A stretch of 64,000 nucleotides of DNA from a bacterium. Its GTDB lineage: Bacteria > Omnitrophota > Gorgyraeia > Zapsychrales > Zapsychraceae. A program made the translations under genes and the position numbers. Each line of letters opens with the position of its first letter. Positions within the stretch are counted from its first letter, which is position 1. A model generated the notes under the pieces. The model was not told the origin of the DNA, made no database searches, and saw only the letters and a list, made by a program, of their open reading frames with translations. The stretch covers positions 194,239 to 258,238 of the forward strand of contig JAUIER010000002.1 of NCBI GenBank assembly GCA_030429765.1, written 5' to 3'. Shown one piece after another: positions 50,304-59,827 of the stretch.

Positions 50304-51590
50304 CTATTTCGGTAAAACCTTAGCGCCAATAGATTTAAAATCTTTGATAAACCCCGGATAGGATTTGTTGATGCAGTGAATATCCCTTAGCCGGACACCG
50401 ACTTTCAGTCCTAGCACACAAAACGCCATCGCCAATCGATGATCGCGATGAGGATCGAGCAACCGGTCGGTTACAGGATTTTCGAGTGGATTGATCGTCA
50501 TCTGGTCGGCTGTTTCCCGGATACGGGCCCCAACCTTTTCCAGCTCCTGACGCAGGTCCGTAATGCGGTCTGATTCCTTGACCCGGGCATGACCAATATC
50601 AACAAATGTTGTGGGCCGATTAGCGAAAAGGGCCAGGACACTCAGAATCGGCAGCAAATCCGGACAATGTTTCAGAGAAAACCGCCGTCCCCGCAGTTTC
50701 ACCGGCCCCTTGACCCGGATCGAGCGGCTGGTTTTGCGAAGGATGACACCCATGCGCTCGAGGATGGGATAAATGTGACCGTCGGCCTGCAGCATGCCGG
50801 TATTGAGATGCCCCGTAAGCCGGACGTCCGAATCAGTCAGCACCGCGGCGGCCAATAGAAAGGCCGCGAGACCATCATCGGATGGGACAGTAAAACGCTT
50901 AAGCCCCCGGTACTTCTGCCGACCCGGCACCACAAAACGACGCGGCGACTTTTGGTCAATAGTGATACCGGCCCGTTGCAGCACATCCAGGGTCATATCG
51001 ATATAATCCCGGCTGACCAACTTGCCTTCGAGCATGAGCTCCGACGTGTCGGACAGTTGCGGCAAGGTCATCAGTAGCGCCGAGATAAACTGACTGCTGA
51101 TCGACCCGTCAATCGACACGCGGCCCGGCTGCATCGATCCGCCACGGATCTGAATGGGAATACCATCCTCACTCCCTTTCCCATCGATATCCACACCCAT
51201 CGCACGGATGGTCTCAACCAAAAACCGATTGGGCCGTCCGACAAGCGTGCCGGATCCATCGATCACCGTCGGAGACTCCCTTAATGAAGCCAATGGCAAA
51301 AGTAGTCGCAAGGCCGTTCCCGATTCCTTGACGTTGATTGACTTGGGCAATGCCTTCTTGGGATCGGCCTTGACCGACCAGCAATTGTCTTCATCTTTCC
51401 CGACATCAGCCCCTAATGCCTGCGCCACGCGCGAAGCCACAAGGCTATCATCGCAATCGGATGGGTGAATAATCTGTGAACGACCGCCAAGTGCGGCTAC
51501 AATAAACGCGCGGATCGAATAGGATTTAGACGCCGGCAGGAACACACTTCCCTTGAGCTGGTCTGTTGTTGGAATATGATAAGTGGTCAT
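50304..51590 (-). CDS. aroA: EPSP synthase
   Basis: SKSYSIR, ESGTALR, SSQFIS, RVKESDR, DHRLAM, KSYP. Confidence 0.94.
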   Translation of the reverse strand: MTTYHIPTTDQLKGSVFLPASKSYSIRAFIVAALGGRSQIIHPSDCDDSLVASRVAQALGADVGKDEDNCWSVKADPKKALPKSINVKESGTALRLLLPLASLRESPTVIDGSGTLVGRPNRFLVETIRAMGVDIDGKGSEDGIPIQIRGGSMQPGRVSIDGSISSQFISALLMTLPQLSDTSELMLEGKLVSRDYIDMTLDVLQRAGITIDQKSPRRFVVPGRQKYRGLKRFTVPSDDGLAAFLLAAAVLTDSDVRLTGHLNTGMLQADGHIYPILERMGVILRKTSRSIRVKGPVKLRGRRFSLKHCPDLLPILSVLALFANRPTTFVDIGHARVKESDRITDLRQELEKVGARIRETADQMTINPLENPVTDRLLDPHRDHRLAMAFCVLGLKVGVRLRDIHCINKSYPGFIKDFKSIGAKVLPK

Positions 51591-52531
51591 TTGGAAATGA
51601 CTTGATCGTTTTTGCGGACCTGACCGCTGGTGAGTGGCGGAATAAAATCGGCGGCTGCCATTTCCGCTTGGGTACGGGTGATCTTGATATCACCGAGATA
51701 GTTGTCGCCGCGGTAGACGGACATGAACATGCCCTTTTGAACGCCGTCCTTTTCGCCAAGATTGATAACCACAAATTCGGTTTCAACATCGACGCTGAGA
51801 ATACGGCCATTGGCATCACCGCCGACAGGCTCTCCCACGATTTGCGCGACGAGATCATCGCCTTCCTGATCAGATGGTTGGGTCACGACTATTTCACCCA
51901 ATTTGATATCAGCATCATCACTGCCGCGTTGGGCCATACGCGCATTGGCCTGGCGGACCGCCGATGCAGCCGCGGCTCTTGTCGCGGCGGCTTGATTGGC
52001 CGCACTGGCAGCCTGCTTGGAAAGCTCATCCACCTTTTTGCGCAGTGTTTCCAGCTCTTCGTTCTGCTGGATTAATTCTTTATTTCGGTTTAACTCAACC
52101 TTGAGCTTGGCCTCAAGTTCCATGATCTTTTGCTCATAATCACCAAGCTTCGTGGAAATCTGTGAATTGAGATCGCCTTTTTCTTTCTTGAGCTTCTCAA
52201 TCTGCTCCTTGAAGACCAATGTTTCCTTCTTGATCTCTTCGCGTAATCCTTTTTCCAGTTCAATCTCGTCGAGCAGACTATTGATGCGCGCGTCAGCTTC
52301 TTTGTTCTTTTCGTCCAACAAGAAATTTTTCTTCTCGATCTCTTTGAGCTCAGCCTTGACTTTTTCAAATTCCTTTTCGATGGTCGCCACATTACTTTCG
52401 GCTGTTTTACGCCGGTCGATTTCCACGTTGTAGAAAAACATGGATAAGGCCGTAAGGGTAATCAGCAGAATTCCGATAATCACTAGAAATATTGTTAAAA
52501 CCTTGCCGCTACGATTGTTTTGTAAAGTCAT
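51587..52531 (-). CDS. Membrane-anchored coiled-coil protein with C-terminal beta domain
   Basis: N-terminal TM helix, long K/E-rich coiled coil, Ala-rich linker, VINLGEKDGV domain. Confidence 0.8.
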   Translation of the reverse strand: MTLQNNRSGKVLTIFLVIIGILLITLTALSMFFYNVEIDRRKTAESNVATIEKEFEKVKAELKEIEKKNFLLDEKNKEADARINSLLDEIELEKGLREEIKKETLVFKEQIEKLKKEKGDLNSQISTKLGDYEQKIMELEAKLKVELNRNKELIQQNEELETLRKKVDELSKQAASAANQAAATRAAAASAVRQANARMAQRGSDDADIKLGEIVVTQPSDQEGDDLVAQIVGEPVGGDANGRILSVDVETEFVVINLGEKDGVQKGMFMSVYRGDNYLGDIKITRTQAEMAAADFIPPLTSGQVRKNDQVISK

Positions 52532-52652
52532 ATTTTCGCTCGATTCTGGGTTTGTCTATAGGATTTATATTATACCTATTATATACAAATCGATTTCGGT
52601 GTAAAGGAGTTAATTTAACCCTTTATTTTGGAATAGTTTGTGGAAATTCGCC

Positions 52653-53558
52653 CTATTTCGCCTTAAGGAATTCATCCGGCATTTTCGTCGAGAATGACAG
52701 CCACTTTTTAGAATCCGGATGTTTAAAGCCAATAGATTGCGCATGAAGGGCCAGGCGGGGGAATGTCGATCGTTTGCCGTACTTGGAATCTCCGAGGATG
52801 GGGTGCCCCAGATGGCGCATATGGACCCGCAGCTGATGGGTGCGTCCAGTGTGTGGATACAGAGCAATGAGCGTATGCTTATTATTCCGACGGATCACAC
52901 GATACATCGTTCGCGCCTCTTTAGCCGAATCATCGTAGCGGACCATTTTCCGATCCCGATGTTTGGGATCCATCCCGATAGGCACATCAATCACGCCCTC
53001 ATCAAATTCAACCTCTCCCTCCACGATCGCCACGTACTGCTTTTTCACCACCCGTTTCTGAAATTGCTTGGCCAGCTTGGTATGCGTGATGTTGTCCTTG
53101 GCAACAATCATAAGACCGGAGGTTTCTTCATCCAATCGATGAATAATGCCTGGCCGGAGGTGATCCGGATTAAAATCCGACAGCGAAATCTTTCGATACA
53201 GCAATGCATTGACCAGCGTTCCGCGGTATCGGCCGCGGGCCGGATGGACCAACAACCCACTGGGTTTGTTCACGATGACAAACTGAGGACTTTCGTAAAA
53301 TATATCGATCGGGATGTCTTCTGGTTCAACATACTTCGGCGTCACAAATCCCTTGGGAATCGTGACACTGATGTCGTCACCCGTATTGATAAGATAGTTG
53401 GGTTTAACCGACTCTTCGTTAACCGTAACAAATCCCTGAGTGATAAGCTTCTTAACAAAAGAGCGCGACAGTTCCCCGTCCAATTTTTCAGCCAGATATA
53501 CATCAATCCGGCTGTGATGATCCGGCGCGTAAACTTTGATTTGAACAGTAGTAGACAT
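52653..53558 (-). CDS. rluD: RluA/RluD-family pseudouridine synthase with S4 domain
   Basis: VNKPSG, HRLDEETSG, TGRTHQLRVH; follows lspA. Confidence 0.88.
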   Translation of the reverse strand: MSTTVQIKVYAPDHHSRIDVYLAEKLDGELSRSFVKKLITQGFVTVNEESVKPNYLINTGDDISVTIPKGFVTPKYVEPEDIPIDIFYESPQFVIVNKPSGLLVHPARGRYRGTLVNALLYRKISLSDFNPDHLRPGIIHRLDEETSGLMIVAKDNITHTKLAKQFQKRVVKKQYVAIVEGEVEFDEGVIDVPIGMDPKHRDRKMVRYDDSAKEARTMYRVIRRNNKHTLIALYPHTGRTHQLRVHMRHLGHPILGDSKYGKRSTFPRLALHAQSIGFKHPDSKKWLSFSTKMPDEFLKAK

Positions 53559-53582
53559 GATGGCTCGACGAGAAAATATAAA

Positions 53583-54068
53583 TTAAGCGTCTTTTTCTGA
53601 ACTCAGCTGAAAGCACTTAATCGCAATGATGGCCGCGCCGATAGTAATCGCCATATCGGCCACATTAAACACCGGCCAGATGCGCAGATCAATAAAATCG
53701 ATCACGTACCCGTACACGATACGGTCAACCAGATTGCCAATTGCACCGGCGAGTATCAGTGAAAATCCGATGATGTAAGTCCTGTTTAGGGCCTCATCAT
53801 TCTGGCGGTAATAGTAAATATTAAAAATAAGAAGGATAATAGCGATGATGGGAATCACAATAAAGACAATGCCCTGATCTTTAAAAAAACCAAAGGCAAT
53901 TCCCGTATTGTGGACAAGCGACCAGTGAAAGACTCCGCGAATGACCGGGATCGATTCACCCAGATCCAGCAGGTCGGAGAAAAAAATCTTGGTGATCCGG
54001 TCGATGGCAACGAGACCGAATGTGACAAGAAGTGAAACGACAATATCGAATTGAGAGCGACCTCTCAT
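53583..54068 (-). CDS. lspA: Lipoprotein signal peptidase II
   Basis: NTGIAFG, GNLVDR, VIDFI, FNVAD. Confidence 0.96.
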   Translation of the reverse strand: MRGRSQFDIVVSLLVTFGLVAIDRITKIFFSDLLDLGESIPVIRGVFHWSLVHNTGIAFGFFKDQGIVFIVIPIIAIILLIFNIYYYRQNDEALNRTYIIGFSLILAGAIGNLVDRIVYGYVIDFIDLRIWPVFNVADMAITIGAAIIAIKCFQLSSEKDA

Positions 54069-54074
54069 AGGGAC

Positions 54075-54461
54075 TTAGTATTGATTGGACTGTTCTAATT
54101 CTTCCTGATACTTCAGGCAATGTTCGGCATAAGGAATGGCTTTGAGACGGGCCTGTGTAATCGGCTTGCCCGTACCCAGACAAAAACCATAGGTTCCATC
54201 CTCAATCCGTTTGAGCGCCGCGTTGATTTTCTGCAGCACCTCCCGGTCATGTGAGGCCAAACCTAGGTTAAACTCTTTATCGTACATATCGGTGGCGACA
54301 TCGGCCATGTGCTGAACGTGACCGGAGACGTCTCCGGAATCACCGGAACCACCTGTTGAATCTGACATATTTTTGATATCGTGAACAAGATCTTCACGTA
54401 GTTTGAGGAGCAGTTTCTTGTAGTATTCCAACTTTTTTGCATCTAGCTTCCTATTTGGCAT
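54075..54461 (-). CDS. DksA/TraR-family transcription factor (2-Cys)
   Basis: HMADVATD coiled-coil tip, ALKRIEDGTYGFC...RLKAIP; AAGGAG RBS before the ATG at 54461. Confidence 0.9.
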   Translation of the reverse strand: MPNRKLDAKKLEYYKKLLLKLREDLVHDIKNMSDSTGGSGDSGDVSGHVQHMADVATDMYDKEFNLGLASHDREVLQKINAALKRIEDGTYGFCLGTGKPITQARLKAIPYAEHCLKYQEELEQSNQY

Positions 54462-54530
54462 AACAAAACTCCTTAAGTCGATGAGCGAACCAAGGGCCTT
54501 ATGGCCTCTTCTAGATTTTTCGAACGGTGA

Positions 54531-54559
54531 AGTATACCGCTCTGCAGATGGGATGTCAA
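54531..54559 (-). promoter_or_regulatory. Promoter of the dksA-like-lspA-rluD operon
   Basis: TTGACA-N17-TATACT. Confidence 0.75.
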
Positions 54560-54624
54560 GCAAAAGCTATGATCCATATACCGCTGCAAGTATATCGCTT
54601 GATTCCGGGAAAGGCAAATTCCGG

Positions 54625-55488
54625 CTATTGGACGTACTTGGAGATAATCGGGGCCAGGGTAATCTTTTTCTGCTCCGGGATCACGTCCGGATCCGTGATG
54701 ATCGCGTGCTTCAGGGCCTGCTGAGCCTTAAACTCTTTGAGGCGACCCACTTCGGGAATGGCCAGCTGGATGACCTTCTTGGCATTGGCTATATTCTGCT
54801 TGAGGTTGTTCATGATCACCTCCACCGTGACCGCATCATGGTCCGGATGCCAGCAGTCATAATCCGTCACCGAGCACAGTGAGGCATAGGCAATCTCGGC
54901 CTCACGGGCCAATTTGGCCTCGATCATATTGGTCATGCCGATGATGTCCATCCCCCAGCTGCGATACAGGTGAGATTCGGCCTTGGTGGAAAACTGCGGT
55001 CCTTCCATGTTGATATAGGTACCTTTTTCATGCACGGTCACACCCGCTTTTTGACAGCAGTCGATCAGCACTTTGGTGATTTCGGGTGAAACGGGTTCGT
55101 CCATGGAGACATGCGCGACAATACCTTCGGTAAAAAAACTGGTTTCCCGCGCCTTAAATGTCCGGTCGACAAATTGATCAGGAATGACAAAATCCATCGG
55201 CTTCATATCTTCGCGCAAACTGCCGCAGGCGGACACACTTAAAATGGCATCGACCCCCAGCCGTTTCATCTCGTAAATATTGGCCCGGTAATTGACCTCG
55301 CTCGGGGAAATGCTATGACCGCGTCCGTGACGCGACAAAAATACCACCTCCACATCCCCAAAACGTCCGGCCATAAAACGACCCGACGGCTGACCAAACG
55401 GCGTGTCGACGATCATCAGGTCATCCGTGATATCCACCCCTTCGATTTCGTATAGCCCACTACCACCGATAATTCCAATTTTCGCCAT
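54625..55488 (-). CDS. mtnP: S-methyl-5'-thioadenosine phosphorylase
   Basis: IGIIGGSG, RHG, NYRANI, EGPQFSTKAES, TDYDCW. Confidence 0.93.
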   Translation of the reverse strand: MAKIGIIGGSGLYEIEGVDITDDLMIVDTPFGQPSGRFMAGRFGDVEVVFLSRHGRGHSISPSEVNYRANIYEMKRLGVDAILSVSACGSLREDMKPMDFVIPDQFVDRTFKARETSFFTEGIVAHVSMDEPVSPEITKVLIDCCQKAGVTVHEKGTYINMEGPQFSTKAESHLYRSWGMDIIGMTNMIEAKLAREAEIAYASLCSVTDYDCWHPDHDAVTVEVIMNNLKQNIANAKKVIQLAIPEVGRLKEFKAQQALKHAIITDPDVIPEQKKITLAPIISKYVQ

Positions 55489-55491
55489 GTG

Positions 55492-56286
55492 TCACCTCGA
55501 CAATTGTTTTGCCCGCTGTTGGGCGGCTTTTAAAGCCTGTTTAACTATCACCTGAAATTTTTTCTGTTGCAGCACCGCCAACGCCGCAGCGGTGGTCCCG
55601 CCTTTGGACGTCACACGATGACGAAGCTCTTCAGCGCTGACCTTTTGCTGTTCCAATAAAGCCACAGATCCCTTCAAAGTCTGAAGCACAATGTCCTCAC
55701 TGACTCTTTGGTCCAGCCCCATAGAACGCGAGGCCTGCACGAGACTTTCAATAAATAAAAAAACATACGCGGGACCGCTTCCCGAGACAGCCGTGATCGC
55801 GTCCAGATCTTTTTCCGCGACCAAACGCGCTTCACCGACGGTACTAAACAGTTTTTGCACCTTCTTGAGATCGGCGGCAGATGCGGCCTTGCCCCCGGCT
55901 ATTCCCGTGACACCCAGGCCTGCTTGAGCCGGTAAATTGGGCATTGTCCGGATGACTTTGGACTTGATCGGCAGACGCTTCTCTATATACTGCGTTGTAA
56001 TTCCAGCTGCGATTGATACTACCACGTGACGACGTGTAATGTGCGGCGAAACAAGCTGTATCACCTCGTCGAAATTCTGGGGCTTAATCGCCAGGACAAT
56101 CATCTGCGATTGTTCACAGACACCCTTGATATCCCCGGACTTGACCTTGTATTTTCGCCTGAGTTGACTGACACGCCGCTTATCCAAATCACAAACCGAA
56201 ATAGAATAAACTTTGCAGGCACCGGCGATAATCGCCGCCCCCATATTTCCCGCACCGATAAATCCCACTTTTATCTTATTCGCCAT
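55492..56286 (-). CDS. proC: Pyrroline-5-carboxylate reductase
   Basis: GFIGAGNMG, RTMPN, SGSGPAY, VTSKGGTT; start trimmed to MANKIK. Confidence 0.95.
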   Translation of the reverse strand: MANKIKVGFIGAGNMGAAIIAGACKVYSISVCDLDKRRVSQLRRKYKVKSGDIKGVCEQSQMIVLAIKPQNFDEVIQLVSPHITRRHVVVSIAAGITTQYIEKRLPIKSKVIRTMPNLPAQAGLGVTGIAGGKAASAADLKKVQKLFSTVGEARLVAEKDLDAITAVSGSGPAYVFLFIESLVQASRSMGLDQRVSEDIVLQTLKGSVALLEQQKVSAEELRHRVTSKGGTTAAALAVLQQKKFQVIVKQALKAAQQRAKQLSR

Positions 56287-56974
56287 GAAAAATTGCCCTC
56301 CCGATGCGGACCATATTGGATCCTTCTTCCAGCGCTGTTTCATAATCACCGCTCATACCCATTGAGAGCCACACGCAGTCCGACCGTTCGTGTTCCGCGG
56401 TCATCTGTTTGACCCTTGCAAAAATATCGGCCAACCCGCGAAAACAATCACGGACGATACCCTTATCCTCGGTGAACGGCGCCATCGTCATCAGACCCCG
56501 GATCCGCACATGCTCAAGCTCCATCACTAGCTTGACCATTTCATCGACCTGATCCGGATGCAATCCTGACTTTTGATCTTCCTGCGCCACATTAACCTGG
56601 ATCAGGATATCCTGAACCTTCCCTATATTACCGGCATGAGTATTGATCAGCCGGGCAAGCTTCGGACTATCGACGGATTCAATCAGATCAAAGACTTCCA
56701 CGGCAGATTTGGCCTTGTTACTTTGAAGATGTCCGACCAAATGCTTGACCATCTGGATATCCGATCCCAACTCATCGAACTTGGCGCGCGCGTCCTGCAC
56801 CCGATTTTCTCCGATATGAACAATACCGACCTCGACGGCCGAACGGATACTGTTGGCATCCGTATATTTGCTGATACCGACGACGATAATTTCGTTGGGG
56901 TCCCGGCCGATACGTTCACATACCCGGGCGATGTTTGCGCGAATTTTATTCACATTATCTATAATCATGGCCAT
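56276..56974 (-). CDS. yggS: PLP homeostasis protein YggS
   Basis: ISKY, GENRVQ, GHLQSNK, LSMGMSGD, VRIGRAIF; yggS-proC synteny. Confidence 0.95.
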   Translation of the reverse strand: MAMIIDNVNKIRANIARVCERIGRDPNEIIVVGISKYTDANSIRSAVEVGIVHIGENRVQDARAKFDELGSDIQMVKHLVGHLQSNKAKSAVEVFDLIESVDSPKLARLINTHAGNIGKVQDILIQVNVAQEDQKSGLHPDQVDEMVKLVMELEHVRIRGLMTMAPFTEDKGIVRDCFRGLADIFARVKQMTAEHERSDCVWLSMGMSGDYETALEEGSNMVRIGRAIFHGE

Positions 56975-57025
56975 AAGTTATCATATTCAAAAATGTTAGT
57001 CAACGAGTATAGATCGATCAACAAC

Positions 57026-59827
57026 CTATACCACCAGCACTGCGTCTTCATCTACAAAATTGACATCTGGATTAAGGATCTCATCCACCACGAAATCCAG
57101 CGCCCTCAAAAATATCTGATTGATCCGGTCATAATCCTGAGCCATACGCGCATCCACAAACTTTTCAACCTTCAATGTTCGCAGATTATAGATGCCGGCA
57201 TTGACCGGTTCACCGGAAAACTTTTTGGTCATATAGTAGAAATACAACGGAATCTGAAAGGACTTTACGTACTCCAGTATGTTGGCCCGGTTTAGATCCA
57301 TTTGCTCTATATGCTCAAACTTCTTGGGAATCGGATTCAAACTGCCGGTTTTGTAATCGACGATCATCAATGATCCATCCTGCATCCGGTCAATCCGGTC
57401 TACAATATAACTGAAACGGATATCTCCCGCCGACAATGGAATCGTATCTTCAAAACGGTGCTCAAGATACATTACCTGTTGAACCCGTCGGTCCGCCGAA
57501 CGGGCTTCATTGTCCAGAAAGCGCCGCACGCGCTCATGCAACACCGACTTAAGTAAAAAAGAATCCGACTTCATACTGCGGGCAAAAGTTGTGTCGAACA
57601 TCTCCTCGAATAAGGTCGACGCCTTCTTGAGCAACTGAGCGTTGATCACCGGTTGATGCCCCACAAATGGCTTGAATAGCTCATCGAGAAAATGATGGAT
57701 AAACGTCCCAACCTCACGCGCCTCAGGTTCATCCAGCAAATCTTCCTGCTCTCGCAGACCCAGCACATATTGGTAGTAGAAATCGATCGGATTTCGTAGA
57801 TAGCAATTGATACTGGAAGCTGAATATTTATGTTTCTTGAGCATCTCGATCATCTCGGGCGTTTTCTTCACCTCTTTGACTTCCGGCTGCACCCGGGAAT
57901 TAAATCGCGACTGAGCCACCTTAACCCCCTCCAGCGTCCCGCTCTGTTTTTGATGATCCCATACCAGTTCTTCAATAAAACGGCTTTTTTCATGTTCTTT
58001 GTTCTGCTGATAAACCAGGTGAACATTCTTCGCCGAGGAAATTAATCGCATAAACTGATAACGCTGGATTTCCTCATCGAGTTCAATCCGGTTGAGCCCC
58101 AGACTGATCATGACGTCCCGCGGGATCAGCGGCTCATATATGTCCAGGTTAGGCAGCACCCCCTCATTGGTGTCGAGTATGATCACATTGTCAAAATTCA
58201 GCGAGCGTGTCTCAAAAAGTCCCAGCAGCTGAAGTCCGGACAACGGTGAACCGATAAACGCGACGATCTCCGACGCGACTTTTCGATCGAAGACCTTGAA
58301 AATTTCAGCTTTGGGAAAATCCTCCTGGCTGAATGTTGACCGGCTAAACTCCTCCTGAATCTCGAAAATCTTATGGGCGATATTGAGATTCAGCGGATAG
58401 TTCTTCATGAAACTGCGTTCGACCAATTCATTCAGAAACTCTTTTAACACCCGGGCAAAGTCATCAAAATTTTGTATCCCTTCCCAGCATTCAAAAAAAT
58501 TCTGATGCAGATACCGCAAATCCGCCTTTAACTCCTTTAGGGAGGCCTGATCATCCTCGGCGTCGAGCATCGGCCGGATCAACTCGTACAATTCGTCTAA
58601 ATCTTCAACCTCGCTGAGATTAAAGAATATACTGCCGGACAATGACGTTCGCTCCTTGCCCTTAAGTACATCCTCGATTTTATAAATGATGGACCGGGTT
58701 CGATGGCTGGTTCCGGACAACATTAGATTTTTGGTAAACGGATGAAGCAGCACTTTTAGATAATCCCGCGCATAGTAAGCCTCATCTTTGCGGGATAACT
58801 GCGCCTGGAAGATCAATTCAAATAACGTATACAGACTGCTGCGCTTGAGTGGATATCCCATCGAAATATTAAACTTCTTAACACGATCCGTAATCGCGGA
58901 AAGCAGCGGAACAATATTGTCGGGATTCGGTAAAACGATAACCGTTTTATCCAGATCGTCTATATCCGTAAGCAAATGTCTGACCGTGGCGATCTGGGAA
59001 TGCGTATCAAACCCGGCGTATAGTTTAAGGTTAAACTGCGGCTGATCGACGTTCTCGCCTTCAAGGATCGACCAATCATGGCGTTTCGCCAACCGATTCA
59101 GGATCGGCCAGCGGCGCTGATCACCTTGAAAGAAAAATGTGACCTGATCCCGCCGGAATAATTCCTCCATTACACGTTCTTCGGATCGGTTAAAGTAGAA
59201 AAAATTACAGAATAACAACTGGTCAAATTCGTCCAGCTGAACCTCTTTGATCAGCTCCGCCGCGCGGCGGTACTGATATCCGCGTGAATAAACTTGTTGC
59301 TGATGCAACTGTGCGTGATACTCACGCCGCAACCGAACTATATGCTCGAGTAAATCATTGATATCCTGGGGCACCGCGAACCCAATCCGGGCGATGTTTT
59401 CGACATTGGTCAATTGCTTGTCTGAGATATCTTCCAGGTCGACTTGATCAATAAAACGCAAGAGTTCCCGGGACCATGGCAAAAACTGGGCGAATGTCGG
59501 CCGGCCCTTTAACAGATGTCGGGCATGTCGTTGAACCAGTTGATAGATCAGGTAACAGCTATCCAGATCACCGGTCACCGCGAATTTTTCCCGACGCTGA
59601 ACTATGCGGGTCATCATCTGGTCGATCGTGATAAATTCCGGTGGAAAAAAATGCCCCCCGACCCGACGCGCCAATTCACGTTTTAAAAACAGCCCCGGAC
59701 GCTTCCCGCCAAAGACAACCCCGATGCGTGATAAATCCGCTCCTGTTTCGATATATTCATCCTGGATATAATCCGCCAGGCGTTCTATAAAACTCTCACA
59801 AAAGCTGAATGTAATCACTTTATCCAT
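57026..59827 (-). CDS. addB: AddB-like subunit: inactive helicase fold plus PD-(D/E)XK nuclease
   Basis: LFETRSLNF, NEGVLP, SRFIEEL, VDRID...VDYKTG...QIPLY; start at MDKVI overlaps the addA stop. Confidence 0.85.
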   Translation of the reverse strand: MDKVITFSFCESFIERLADYIQDEYIETGADLSRIGVVFGGKRPGLFLKRELARRVGGHFFPPEFITIDQMMTRIVQRREKFAVTGDLDSCYLIYQLVQRHARHLLKGRPTFAQFLPWSRELLRFIDQVDLEDISDKQLTNVENIARIGFAVPQDINDLLEHIVRLRREYHAQLHQQQVYSRGYQYRRAAELIKEVQLDEFDQLLFCNFFYFNRSEERVMEELFRRDQVTFFFQGDQRRWPILNRLAKRHDWSILEGENVDQPQFNLKLYAGFDTHSQIATVRHLLTDIDDLDKTVIVLPNPDNIVPLLSAITDRVKKFNISMGYPLKRSSLYTLFELIFQAQLSRKDEAYYARDYLKVLLHPFTKNLMLSGTSHRTRSIIYKIEDVLKGKERTSLSGSIFFNLSEVEDLDELYELIRPMLDAEDDQASLKELKADLRYLHQNFFECWEGIQNFDDFARVLKEFLNELVERSFMKNYPLNLNIAHKIFEIQEEFSRSTFSQEDFPKAEIFKVFDRKVASEIVAFIGSPLSGLQLLGLFETRSLNFDNVIILDTNEGVLPNLDIYEPLIPRDVMISLGLNRIELDEEIQRYQFMRLISSAKNVHLVYQQNKEHEKSRFIEELVWDHQKQSGTLEGVKVAQSRFNSRVQPEVKEVKKTPEMIEMLKKHKYSASSINCYLRNPIDFYYQYVLGLREQEDLLDEPEAREVGTFIHHFLDELFKPFVGHQPVINAQLLKKASTLFEEMFDTTFARSMKSDSFLLKSVLHERVRRFLDNEARSADRRVQQVMYLEHRFEDTIPLSAGDIRFSYIVDRIDRMQDGSLMIVDYKTGSLNPIPKKFEHIEQMDLNRANILEYVKSFQIPLYFYYMTKKFSGEPVNAGIYNLRTLKVEKFVDARMAQDYDRINQIFLRALDFVVDEILNPDVNFVDEDAVLVV

